The notes under the pieces: generated by a model | Seen by the model: only the letters and a program-made list of their open reading frames with translations | Told to the model about the DNA's origin: nothing | Databases searched by the model: none | Made by a program: the position numbers and the translations under genes | Shown: one piece after another, positions 54,420 through 63,577 of the stretch | Numbering within the stretch: position 1 is the first letter of the stretch | Layout: every line of letters starts with the position of its first letter | Assembly: GCA_963923035.1 (NCBI GenBank) | Contig: CAWUKT010000025.1 | Span: forward strand, 2,163 to 66,162 | DNA length: 64,000 nucleotides | Direction: 5' to 3' | Origin: an uncultured bacterium | GTDB taxonomy: Bacteria > Bacteroidota > Bacteroidia > J057 > JADKCL01

Positions 54420-55811
54420 ATGTACGAGAAGCAACATACCATTCAGGAGCCGGTCTCCATTACCGGGGTAGGACTCCATACCGGGGTTGAAGTCACCATG
54501 ACCTTCCACCCTGCTCCCGAAAACCATGGCTTTGTCTTTCGCCGGATTGACCTGGAGGGAAGCCCCACGGTCAAGGCGGATGTCGACAATGTAGTCGACA
54601 CGGCCCGGGGAACGACCATTGCCGTGGGCAAAGCCAAAGTGCATACCGTCGAGCATACGCTGGCGGCCCTCGCTGGCCTCCAAATCGACAACTGCCTCAT
54701 CGATCTGAACGGTCCCGAACCGCCCGTCATGGACGGCTCCTCGATGGAGTTCATCCGCGTGCTGCGCCAGGTCGGCCTGGTCGAGCAAGATGCCGACCGG
54801 GAATTCTACGTGGTCGACCAGCCGATCCACTACTACGAGAACGAGCGTTCCGTGGACCTCGCTGCCATGCCCCTGGACGATTTCCGGGTCACGGTCATGA
54901 TCGACTACAATTCTCCTGTGCTGGGCAGCCAGCACGCCACGCTGATCAACATCGATCAATTTGCGCAGGAATTCGCGGACAGCCGGACCTTCTGCTTCCT
55001 GCACGAGCTCGAACCGCTCGTCGAAGCGGGTCTGATCAAGGGCGGCGACCTGAACAATGCCATTGTCGTGGTCGACAAGGAAGTCAGCCAGGAAGAACTG
55101 GACCGCTTGTCCGGCTTGTTCCAGCAGCCTGAAATCAAGGTCGCCGACGAAGGTATCCTGAACAACCTTGAATTGCGTCACAGCAACGAGCCGGCCCGGC
55201 ACAAGTTGCTCGATCTGATTGGTGACCTCGCATTGATTGGCGGCCCGGTGAAAGGCCAGATTCTTGCGGCCCGTCCCGGCCACAAGGCCAATGTCGAGTT
55301 CGCGAAGAAGATCAAGTCGGCGGTCAAACAGAGCAAGCTCAAGAAGAAATACCAGGGCAAGGAAACGGAAGGCGTGGTATTTGACATCAATGCCATCCAG
55401 AAAATTCTTCCCCACCGCTATCCCTTCCTGATGATCGACAAGATCACCGAGTTTTCGGAGACGGAGATTGTTGGGATCAAGAATGTCACGATGAATGAGC
55501 CTTATTTCCAAGGCCATTTCCCTGGCAACCCCGTCATGCCGGGCGTCCTCCAGATTGAGGCCATGGCCCAGGTAGGCGGTATTTTGTTGTTGAACAAAGT
55601 GGAAAATCCCGAAGATGTTTGGGTATATTTCCTTGCGATAAACAATGCCCGATTCAAGAAGATGGTTATTCCGGGCGATATCATTGAATTCCGGCTCAAA
55701 ATGGAAAGCCTGAAGCGCCGGATTTGTAAGATGAAAGGTAAAGGATATGTCAATGGAAAGGTCGTGTGTGAAGCCGACCTGATCGCGGGCCTGGTCGACA
55801 AAGACCAATGA
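54420..55811 (+). CDS. lpxC/fabZ: Bifunctional UDP-3-O-acyl-GlcNAc deacetylase / beta-hydroxyacyl-ACP dehydratase (LpxC-FabZ fusion)
   Basis: 463 aa. LpxC N-terminus (GVGLHTGVEV...HTVEHTLAAL...HKANVEF) and FabZ C-terminus (LPHRYPFLMIDKI...GHFPGNPVMPGVLQIEAMAQ). This fusion is typical of Bacteroidota. Confidence 0.95.
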   Translation: MYEKQHTIQEPVSITGVGLHTGVEVTMTFHPAPENHGFVFRRIDLEGSPTVKADVDNVVDTARGTTIAVGKAKVHTVEHTLAALAGLQIDNCLIDLNGPEPPVMDGSSMEFIRVLRQVGLVEQDADREFYVVDQPIHYYENERSVDLAAMPLDDFRVTVMIDYNSPVLGSQHATLINIDQFAQEFADSRTFCFLHELEPLVEAGLIKGGDLNNAIVVVDKEVSQEELDRLSGLFQQPEIKVADEGILNNLELRHSNEPARHKLLDLIGDLALIGGPVKGQILAARPGHKANVEFAKKIKSAVKQSKLKKKYQGKETEGVVFDINAIQKILPHRYPFLMIDKITEFSETEIVGIKNVTMNEPYFQGHFPGNPVMPGVLQIEAMAQVGGILLLNKVENPEDVWVYFLAINNARFKKMVIPGDIIEFRLKMESLKRRICKMKGKGYVNGKVVCEADLIAGLVDKDQ

Positions 55812-55870
55812 GAACGAATGATTGCTACCCTGGTGGCCGGGAGGGCCGCCTGATTTTTAGCCCGTGACCT

Positions 55871-55878
55871 TATATTTG
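55871..55878 (+). promoter_or_regulatory. -7 box TATATTTG upstream of lpxA
   Basis: Perfect TAnnTTTG match 41 nt before the ATG at 55920, in the 108-bp gap after lpxC/fabZ. Confidence 0.45.
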
Positions 55879-55919
55879 TTAGCGTTTAATCAGTCACAAG
55901 AGTGAGAATTGATACCGAG

Positions 55920-56714
55920 ATGTTAAAACAACCTCTAGCCTCCATACACAGCGATGCGCAGATTGCTGACGGGGTGCAAATCGATCCATTTGCCGTGATT
56001 TCCGGTGACGTCGTCATCGAAGAAGGCACATGGATTGGATCCCATGCGGTCATACAGGACGGAGCGCGGATTGGAAAGAATTGTAAAATCTTTCCGGGAG
56101 CGATCATTTCGACGATTCCCCAGGACCTCAAGTTCCAGGGAGAGTATTCGCTTTGTGAAATTGGGGATGGGACGACGGTCCGTGAATACGCAACGATCAA
56201 CCGCGGAACTTCCTGGGCCGGAGCTACCCGGATCGGAAAGAATGCGCTGATCATGGCCTATGTCCACATCGCCCACGATTGCATGATTGGCAACAATGTC
56301 ATCCTGACGAATGCCTGCAACCTGGCCGGCCACGTCGTCATGGAAGATTTCGCCCGCCTCGGCGGGATGTGCGGGGTTCACCAATTCGTCCGAATTGGTC
56401 GCCACGCGATGGTCCAGGGCCACTGTTCGGTCCTGAAGGACGTGCCTCCGTTCGCCCTTGCGGGCCGCAAGCCGCTCCGCTACACGGGCGTCAACTCGGT
56501 GGGTCTCCGCCGGGCTGGGTTCCAAAACCAGGAGATCACCACGATCCAGGACATTTACCGCCACCTCTACGCGACCGGCAACAATTCCAATGGCCTGAAG
56601 CGCATCGAGGACGAGATCAACGACAGCCCCTTCCGCGAGGAAATCCTCGAATTTGTCCGCTCGTCCGAGCGGGGCATCATCCGGGGCTACGGAACGCCCG
56701 ACGAAGAATCCTGA
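55920..56714 (+). CDS. lpxA: Acyl-ACP--UDP-GlcNAc O-acyltransferase
   Basis: Start at MLKQPLASIHSDAQIADGV, which matches the usual LpxA N-terminus. Hexapeptide repeats and a C-terminal helical domain. The tracked ORF begins at an upstream GTG (55902). Confidence 0.92.
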   Translation: MLKQPLASIHSDAQIADGVQIDPFAVISGDVVIEEGTWIGSHAVIQDGARIGKNCKIFPGAIISTIPQDLKFQGEYSLCEIGDGTTVREYATINRGTSWAGATRIGKNALIMAYVHIAHDCMIGNNVILTNACNLAGHVVMEDFARLGGMCGVHQFVRIGRHAMVQGHCSVLKDVPPFALAGRKPLRYTGVNSVGLRRAGFQNQEITTIQDIYRHLYATGNNSNGLKRIEDEINDSPFREEILEFVRSSERGIIRGYGTPDEES

Positions 56715-56721
56715 ATTTGCT

Positions 56722-57327
56722 ATGGTTCGATTGGAGGGCGAACATATCGGAAAGCGGTTTCACCGCCAATGGATCTTCCGAAAGGTCAACCTGTCCCTCC
56801 AATCGGGTGACCGCCTCCTGCTGACCGGCTCCAATGGATCAGGGAAATCAACCCTGCTGCGCATCCTCGCCGGCCAATTGACGCCCACCGAAGGAAAAAT
56901 CCGCCTTTTACTGCACGATAAACCGGTTGATCCGGAGCTGTGGTACCGCTACCTCAGCTGGTCCGGTCCCTACATGGACCTATACCCTGAGCTCACCCTC
57001 TACGAAGCCATCCGGCTCCACCAGCGCTTTCGCCCTGGTTATATTGGAGCGGACGACATCATTTCCCACCTCCAACTTACCCCCCACCGCGACAAAGAAC
57101 TCCGCAATTTTTCTTCAGGCATGCTGCACCGGGTGAAAGTCGGATTGGCTTTGTTCTCGAAAAGCCAAATTCTGATCCTGGATGAGGCCACGACGAATAT
57201 GGACCGGAAGAACAGTGAACTGATCTGGAAGTTGACGCAGGAATTTCAGCAGGGCCGCCTGCTGATCTGGGCCAGCAACCGGGAGGACGAATTCGATTGG
57301 TTCGAAATGGCACTCGATTTAGGTTAG
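56722..57327 (+). CDS. ABC transporter ATP-binding protein (stand-alone ATPase)
   Basis: Start at MVRLEGEHIGKRF (56722). Walker A GSNGSGKST, signature variant FSSGMLHR, Walker B ILILDEATTNMD. Confidence 0.85.
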   Translation: MVRLEGEHIGKRFHRQWIFRKVNLSLQSGDRLLLTGSNGSGKSTLLRILAGQLTPTEGKIRLLLHDKPVDPELWYRYLSWSGPYMDLYPELTLYEAIRLHQRFRPGYIGADDIISHLQLTPHRDKELRNFSSGMLHRVKVGLALFSKSQILILDEATTNMDRKNSELIWKLTQEFQQGRLLIWASNREDEFDWFEMALDLG

Positions 57328-57336
57328 ATTTGTACT

Positions 57337-57711
57337 ATGGAAGATGAAAAACCGGTACGGTTGACTTCCCGGTTCCAGCGTCGCGCCTACGCATTGCTGA
57401 TCCTGGCCATCTTGTTGATCCCCTTCGGATTGGTCACCGCCTACCAACGGGCCATCGCCGTGCGGGACCACCAACTGATTTCTATGGGCGAAGCGCCCGG
57501 TCCCGATGAAGGATTTGAAATCCTGATCCTCTATTTGTACCTGCCTTTTGTCTTCATCACCACCCTCTGGCTGGCCTATATGTTTTTTTCCCGCCACCAA
57601 TGGAAACGCAGCGAGTTTGGATGGCAAGCCGCAGTTGTTGTCATTCTGGGAGTATTGCCTTCCATCGGAGTGAACTTTTTCTTCGTCAATATCTGGCCTA
57701 CCCTTCCTTAG
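57337..57711 (+). CDS. Hypothetical small membrane protein (about 3 TM helices)
   Basis: 124-aa ORF 9 nt after the ABC ATPase gene, with three hydrophobic helices and no motif. Confidence 0.55.
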   Translation: MEDEKPVRLTSRFQRRAYALLILAILLIPFGLVTAYQRAIAVRDHQLISMGEAPGPDEGFEILILYLYLPFVFITTLWLAYMFFSRHQWKRSEFGWQAAVVVILGVLPSIGVNFFFVNIWPTLP

Positions 57712-57828
57712 CCGAAATAAAAAGGTTTTACCGTTCAGGAGATGATTTGAGCAGTTGGGAAACAAATGCTGATAGTTGGCAAATGGAATTTTTATATTCT
57801 GATTCCATCAAAAAAATCTATTTCCTAT

Positions 57829-60150
57829 ATGTTTAACAAATACCTGCTAACCCTATTACTCATCCCCTTGCTCTATTTACCCTCCAATGCTTCCCACCTC
57901 ATGGGAAACGATTTACGGATCGTATGTGTAAATAACTGTACCACCCGTGTTGAATTGCGCTTGTACCGCGATTGTACGGGTTCGAACTTTATTTCACCTA
58001 CCCCCGTCCAATTTACCCCTACCAGCGGTTGCGGGCAGCCGATATCCCTAACCGGATGGTCGGTCCAGCTCACCACCGAAGTCACCCCGATTTGCCCCAC
58101 GGTTCCCACCAATTGTACCACTCCCGGAGCGACCTTCAATGGGGTCCAGGAATTCTATTGGGAACGGGAATATGACATGTGTAACCTGGTCGGCTGTACC
58201 TATGACATTTCGTATTCGACGTGTTGTCGGAACACCATCATCACTTCCGGAGCGGCCAACAACAGCATCTACTTCGAGAATTCCTATACCGTTGGGGCGA
58301 CCTGCAACAACTCACCGGAGTTCCTGAACACGCCGTTGTTCTATGCGTGTGCCGGCCAATTGGCGGCCATCAACATGGGTGCATTCGATGCCGACGGCGA
58401 TTCCTTGACCTATGCCTTGGCTTCCTGCTACAACAACAACAGTACCAGCCCGGTGACTTATGCCGCCGGTTATTCCCCCACTGCTCCCTTCGGTCCCTCT
58501 TGGAACGTCACTTTGCATCCGACCACAGGTGTCATGACCATGGATCCCCAACCGGGCAATATCATGGTAGGCGTAGTATGCGTGGAAACGAATGAATACC
58601 GCAATGGCCAGTTGATCGGTACCAGTGTCCGGGACATCCAGGTATCCACGATCGCCTGTCCGTCGCAGAATGTGCCGATTGTGAGCGCGCCTTACAACCT
58701 CTCCCCCGGCGGTACGGTCGTCAACAACAATACCGTGAGCTTCTGCTCCGGATCGAATGTCTGCTTTGACATCAACATTGTCGAGCCGGACTCCGCCATG
58801 GGCCAATCTGCGACCATCTGGTGGGACCAGAGCTGGGCCGGTGCGACCTTCACTGAAGTCGGCAACCCCAGCAATACGGACACGCTGAGCGGAACCTATA
58901 TCAATGGCCGCTTCTGCCTGCCCAATCCCGCCCCCGGCAATTATGCCGTGGTCTTCTCCCTCCGCGACAACAGCTGTCCGGTCTTTTCCTACGTGGATTT
59001 TGTTTACAATATCCAGATCACGGCTACGGCCAGCAACTTTGTGACGGCTTCCTCCACCACAATTGATACCTGTGGTTCGGATACGGTGACCTTGGATGCT
59101 TCGGCTCTGTCCGGCACCTACGCCTGGTCCAACGGCATGACGACGCCTTCCATCGATGTCTATCAACCCGGTACGTATACCGTTACGGTTACGAGTGGAA
59201 CTGGATGCGGGGGCGTAGATTCCGTGGAAGTGTTGCCCACCGCCATTCCCCAAATCACGGGTCAGGTCAGCACGCCTTCACCGGGACTCCTTGCATTCTC
59301 TCCGGTTTACCTCGTCTGGCACGATCCGAGCACCCAGAGCTTGTTCGCCCTCGATACGGTTACCACCGATGCCAACGGTAACTATGCGTTCTGTAAGTTC
59401 CCCGAAGATACCCTCTACGTAAAGGCCGCTCCTCAATTGCCGACCTATCCCAACTTCCTGCCCACATATTCCGATACGGCGGTGTTCTGGAACAATGCGG
59501 AAGCCTGGTTGAAAGGCGGGGCTCCCCATGTCGTCGACTTTGAAGTGCGCTCCGGAACGAATCCGGGCGGTCCTGGCTTCATTGGCGGGTTGATCTCGCA
59601 GGGAGCCAACAAAACCTCCGGCGTCGGCGATCCCGTGCCGGATGTGACGGTGTTCATCCGCGAGCAAAGCTCGGGTGACTATTATGGCTATACCACCACG
59701 GACAACGATGGCTATTTCTCCTTCAGCAATTTGCCGCTGGGGCAGTATGAAATCGCGGTCGATGATCCCGGGGTCGACGAGGACAACGTCCCCAGTTTGA
59801 ACCTGACGAGCCAGGCGCCTTCGGTAGACAGCCTGGACTTCCGTCTCCATTCCACCTATCTGGAACTGTTCGTTCCGACGTCGGTGATCAGTGCTGCGGG
59901 GGTAGTCGCGGTGCAGATCATGCCCAACCCATCCAACGAATCTGCTTATATGCTCCTGGAACTGCCGGCTGAGATGCCGGTATCGGTAGAGATCTGGGAC
60001 GTACAAGGCAAGCAGTTGGAGCAAGTCCTTCGGGAAACGGTGGGTACCGGTCGTCATCTGTACGCCCTGCCTGAATTGGGTGCAGGCATCTATTTCGTGA
60101 AGGCGAATGTGGGCGGAGAAATGATTGTTCGGCGCATGGTGCGCAAGTAA
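57829..60150 (+). CDS. Large secreted Cys-rich adhesin-like protein with carboxypeptidase-regulatory-like domain and T9SS C-terminal domain
   Basis: Start at MFNKYLLTLLLIPLLYL. N-terminal SHLMGNDLRIVC...VELRLYRDCTGS module (the YRDC type seen in gliding-associated adhesins). DADGDSLTYAL, then TTDNDGYFSFSNLPLGQYEI, and the tail MPNPSNESAYMLLE...GIYFVKANVGG. Confidence 0.88.
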   Translation: MFNKYLLTLLLIPLLYLPSNASHLMGNDLRIVCVNNCTTRVELRLYRDCTGSNFISPTPVQFTPTSGCGQPISLTGWSVQLTTEVTPICPTVPTNCTTPGATFNGVQEFYWEREYDMCNLVGCTYDISYSTCCRNTIITSGAANNSIYFENSYTVGATCNNSPEFLNTPLFYACAGQLAAINMGAFDADGDSLTYALASCYNNNSTSPVTYAAGYSPTAPFGPSWNVTLHPTTGVMTMDPQPGNIMVGVVCVETNEYRNGQLIGTSVRDIQVSTIACPSQNVPIVSAPYNLSPGGTVVNNNTVSFCSGSNVCFDINIVEPDSAMGQSATIWWDQSWAGATFTEVGNPSNTDTLSGTYINGRFCLPNPAPGNYAVVFSLRDNSCPVFSYVDFVYNIQITATASNFVTASSTTIDTCGSDTVTLDASALSGTYAWSNGMTTPSIDVYQPGTYTVTVTSGTGCGGVDSVEVLPTAIPQITGQVSTPSPGLLAFSPVYLVWHDPSTQSLFALDTVTTDANGNYAFCKFPEDTLYVKAAPQLPTYPNFLPTYSDTAVFWNNAEAWLKGGAPHVVDFEVRSGTNPGGPGFIGGLISQGANKTSGVGDPVPDVTVFIREQSSGDYYGYTTTDNDGYFSFSNLPLGQYEIAVDDPGVDEDNVPSLNLTSQAPSVDSLDFRLHSTYLELFVPTSVISAAGVVAVQIMPNPSNESAYMLLELPAEMPVSVEIWDVQGKQLEQVLRETVGTGRHLYALPELGAGIYFVKANVGGEMIVRRMVRK

Positions 60151-60179
60151 AAAAGATTGAATAACAGCAGGTATTTAAT

Positions 60180-60214
60180 GGTGGGGCCGCCGGAGGGCGG
60201 TCTCACCTTTTTTT
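60180..60214 (+). terminator. Intrinsic terminator between the two adhesin paralogs
   Basis: Stem GGTGGGGCCGCC / GGCGGTCTCACC (10 of 12 pairs), loop GGAG, followed by TTTTTTT. Confidence 0.7.
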
Positions 60215-60299
60215 ATGGGTACAGTTGGCGGGAAAAAATGAACGGTTCACTCCTTTTCCAACACTTAGGCTTCCATTCCCATGCTAAATTGACCTTACC

Positions 60300-62606
60300 A
60301 TGAACCGCCTATTGTTATTTTTTACTTTGCTCTCGTCCTATTGTTCTCTCTACGCCAGTTCCTATATGGGGAATCGGGTGGAATTCGAATGTATCAATCC
60401 CTGTACGGTGCGGGTCACCCAAAGTCATTTCAAGTCGTGTAGCATCACGGCCTATTTGGGGCCTGCGATGGAACAAAAGGCCGCTTCGGGATGCGATACC
60501 CTCACGGCCATCGGGCCTTGGGTTCCCATTGGATCGATTCCCCATTGGAGACCTGCCTGTCCACTGGTTTCTACCTGGTGCGATTTCCAATCTATTGTCG
60601 CGGTCGAGGAATGGCGGTACTATCGGGACTTCAACGTCTGCCAGGGCAATCTCTGCCCCACCGAATTCTCGTTCAATTATTGCTGTCGCGGGGCTCTGAC
60701 TTCGGGCGCACCGCTCCAAACCAATTTTTCCAGCTACCTCTATACGCCCCAAGCCACCTGCAACAGCTCGCCATTCTATCCCCACGACCTGCAATTCTTC
60801 TTTTGCAACAATGAAATCAACGGCGTAGACCTCGGCGGCATCGATCCGGATGGCGACTCACTCGCCTACGCACGCGTTGCCTGCATGGTCGACTCCAATT
60901 CCAGCTTCGCCTATTCCCCCGGCTATTCGTTCCAACAACCCCTCGGCCCCGGCTGGCAAATCGACCTGCATCCCTCCACCGGCGTCCTGACCTTTACCCC
61001 GGTGGGAACCATCAGCGGGGCGGAATCTACCGTGATTTGCATTGAGACCAAGGAATACCGAAATGGCCAGTTGATCGGTCGGTATGTCCACGACCTCGAA
61101 GTCGGCTCCTGGGATTGTCCCGCCACGGATCCGCCGCAAGTCTCCCCCTTCTACAATCTCAGTACCAGCGGCCAGCTCATTGCTCCAGATACCCTTCAAT
61201 TCAGCTCGAACTTTCCGGTCAGTTTCGATTTCAACATCACCGAGACGGACAGCGCGTACGGGGCTTCTTCCTATATCAATTGGGACCAGAGCATTCCCGG
61301 GGCCAGCTATTTCGATGTCAACAATCCGGCCCTTCAGGATTCCCTGGAAGGCAATTTCTTCCGCAGCCGTTTTGCCTGGCCCAATCCGGTTCCCGGCACC
61401 TACCCCATTGTATTCCATCTGAAGGACGACCGTTGCCCGATTTTTCGGCGCCAGGACTTTGTCCTGCACCTCGTCATCAGCGGCCCCAGCCAATTCATTG
61501 CCGCATCGGGGACGGTCGTGGACACCTGTGGCGCCGATACCGTGGCGCTAGATGCTTCGTCCGTGGCCGGGACCTACCAATGGTCCACCGGCGCGACGAC
61601 ACCGAGTATCTCGGTGACCCAACCTGGCAGCTACGCAGTCACGGTGACGCTGCCCTCCGGCGTCCAGGGCCTCGATACCGTGCAAGTCCTGCCGATTGCC
61701 ATTCCGCAGGTCACCGGGCAGGTCGCGACCGCTTCCCAGGCGCTCGTGACGTTTACGCCGGTGTACATGGTTTGGCACGAACCGGTGACCAATAGCCTTT
61801 TCGCCCTGGATTCGACCATGACCGATGCAATGGGGAACTATTCCTTTTGCCAAATCCCCGAAGACACCATTTACATCAAAGCCGCTCCGCCCCTTCCATT
61901 TTACCCGAACCTCCTCCCGACCTACGCCGACACCGCCCTTTTCTGGAACAATGCCCAATTTTTTCTCCGCAATTCGGCCCCGGTGACGGCCTCTCCCATT
62001 GTACAGGCCGGGATCAATCCCGGCGGTCCCGGCTTCGTCGGCGGCTTGATCTCGCAGGGTGCCAATAAGACGGCGGGCTTCGGCGATCCGGTCCCGGGGA
62101 TCTCCGTTTTCGTTCGCGAAGTCAATTCCAACAGCTATCTCGGCCATACCACCACGGACCTCAACGGCTATTTTTCCTTCGCCAACCTGCCCATGGGCCA
62201 GTATGAAATCGCGGTGGACGCGGCGGGAGTGGATGCGGTCAATGTGCCCGCAGTGAACCTGACGGGTCAGACGCCGGTTTTGGACAGCCTGGATTTCCGG
62301 TTGCATTCCAGTTACCTGGAATTGGTGGTGCCGACGGCCTTGCCTGCTCCCAAAGGCGGGATTCAGGCCCGCGTGTCGCCGAATCCTTCGGCGGGAACGG
62401 CCTATTTAATGCTGGAAGTGCCGGAGGAAATACGAATTGAAGTGGGGATTTGGGATGGAAAAGGAAAACAGGTCGGAGAAATGGTGGATCAACGGCTGGG
62501 AAATGGGCGGCATGTGCTGGGCTTGCCTGAGCTGCCCGCTGGAATCTACTTTATTCAGGTTCGGGCCCGGGGGGAAGTGCAGGTTTTGAAGGTGGTCAGG
62601 CAGTAG
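60300..62606 (+). CDS. Paralog of the preceding Cys-rich adhesin-like T9SS protein
   Basis: 768 aa with the same architecture. The C-terminal half is closely collinear with 57829-60150, for example GINPGGPGFVGGLISQGANKTAGFGDPVP vs GTNPGGPGFIGGLISQGANKTSGVGDPVP. Tail SPNPSAGTAYLMLE...GIYFIQVRARG. Confidence 0.88.
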   Translation: MNRLLLFFTLLSSYCSLYASSYMGNRVEFECINPCTVRVTQSHFKSCSITAYLGPAMEQKAASGCDTLTAIGPWVPIGSIPHWRPACPLVSTWCDFQSIVAVEEWRYYRDFNVCQGNLCPTEFSFNYCCRGALTSGAPLQTNFSSYLYTPQATCNSSPFYPHDLQFFFCNNEINGVDLGGIDPDGDSLAYARVACMVDSNSSFAYSPGYSFQQPLGPGWQIDLHPSTGVLTFTPVGTISGAESTVICIETKEYRNGQLIGRYVHDLEVGSWDCPATDPPQVSPFYNLSTSGQLIAPDTLQFSSNFPVSFDFNITETDSAYGASSYINWDQSIPGASYFDVNNPALQDSLEGNFFRSRFAWPNPVPGTYPIVFHLKDDRCPIFRRQDFVLHLVISGPSQFIAASGTVVDTCGADTVALDASSVAGTYQWSTGATTPSISVTQPGSYAVTVTLPSGVQGLDTVQVLPIAIPQVTGQVATASQALVTFTPVYMVWHEPVTNSLFALDSTMTDAMGNYSFCQIPEDTIYIKAAPPLPFYPNLLPTYADTALFWNNAQFFLRNSAPVTASPIVQAGINPGGPGFVGGLISQGANKTAGFGDPVPGISVFVREVNSNSYLGHTTTDLNGYFSFANLPMGQYEIAVDAAGVDAVNVPAVNLTGQTPVLDSLDFRLHSSYLELVVPTALPAPKGGIQARVSPNPSAGTAYLMLEVPEEIRIEVGIWDGKGKQVGEMVDQRLGNGRHVLGLPELPAGIYFIQVRARGEVQVLKVVRQ

Positions 62607-62686
62607 AGATTGCTCGTGGGAGGATGTCTGAAATGTCTTGAGGAAAGAGAATTGCCCCTTTCCAAATAGTTCTCCAAATTGAATGG

Positions 62687-63490
62687 GTGAACCCAACTCT
62701 CCAAAAATCAACTTTCAAAATTCCCAAGATGGATTGCAGTTCGGAGGAAGCCTTGATCCGGATGAAGCTGCAAGCCTTTGCGGAGGTGAAAAGCCTGGAA
62801 TTTGATTTGCCGAAGCGGATTCTTTGGGTGTACCACCAAGAAGGGTTGGCTGAGGTGGAAAAGGCCATTCAGGACCTGAATCTGGGAGGAGAACTGGTTG
62901 GAAGTGAAGCAGTAGAAAGTGCGCCGGGGGAAAATGAGGCGAAGCAACGGAAACTGTTGTGGGTCGTGCTCGTCATCAATTTCGTTTTCTTTGGGTTGGA
63001 AATGGGCTTTGGATGGCTGTCACAGTCCATGGGACTGGTGGCGGACAGCTTGGACATGCTGGCCGATGCGGTTGTGTACGGACTGGCCTTGTTTGCGGTG
63101 GGTGCCGCGGTGGGGCGGAAAAAGAAAGTGGCTCAATTGGCGGGGATCTTTCAGATCCTCCTGGCCGTGATCGGCATCGTAGAAGTCGTCCGACGCTTTG
63201 TGGGCGCGGAGACAATGCCGGAATTTGGGACGATGATCATCGTGTCGGGATTGGCCCTGGTGGCCAATGGAGCCTGTTTGGTGCTGTTGCAATCGTCCCG
63301 GAGCAAGGAAGCCCATATCCAGGCGAGCATGATCTTCACCTCCAACGACGTCATCATCAACCTGGGCGTCGTCCTCGCGGGGGCGCTCGTCCATTGGACG
63401 GACTCCCGGCTGCCCGACCTCGCGGTCGGGTCCATCGTGTTTGTCATCGTCCTCCTGGGTGCCCGCCGAATCCTCAGCCTCGCCAAATAA
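62687..63490 (+). CDS. Cation diffusion facilitator (CDF) family transporter with N-terminal HMA-like domain
   Basis: 267 aa with a GTG start. N-terminal FKIPKMDCSSEEALIRMKL...LEFDL (HMA-like with one Cys), then CDF TM signature LEMGFGWLSQSMGLVADSLDMLADA. No long cytoplasmic C-terminal domain. Confidence 0.8.
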   Translation: MNPTLQKSTFKIPKMDCSSEEALIRMKLQAFAEVKSLEFDLPKRILWVYHQEGLAEVEKAIQDLNLGGELVGSEAVESAPGENEAKQRKLLWVVLVINFVFFGLEMGFGWLSQSMGLVADSLDMLADAVVYGLALFAVGAAVGRKKKVAQLAGIFQILLAVIGIVEVVRRFVGAETMPEFGTMIIVSGLALVANGACLVLLQSSRSKEAHIQASMIFTSNDVIINLGVVLAGALVHWTDSRLPDLAVGSIVFVIVLLGARRILSLAK

Positions 63491-63577
63491 GCCATTTGGT
63501 CCTCCATTTTCCCGCTCCTTTTCCTTTGTTTTCCCCCACTCCCCTTCCTTTCTCTCCGAAAAACTCGATCTTCGGGC

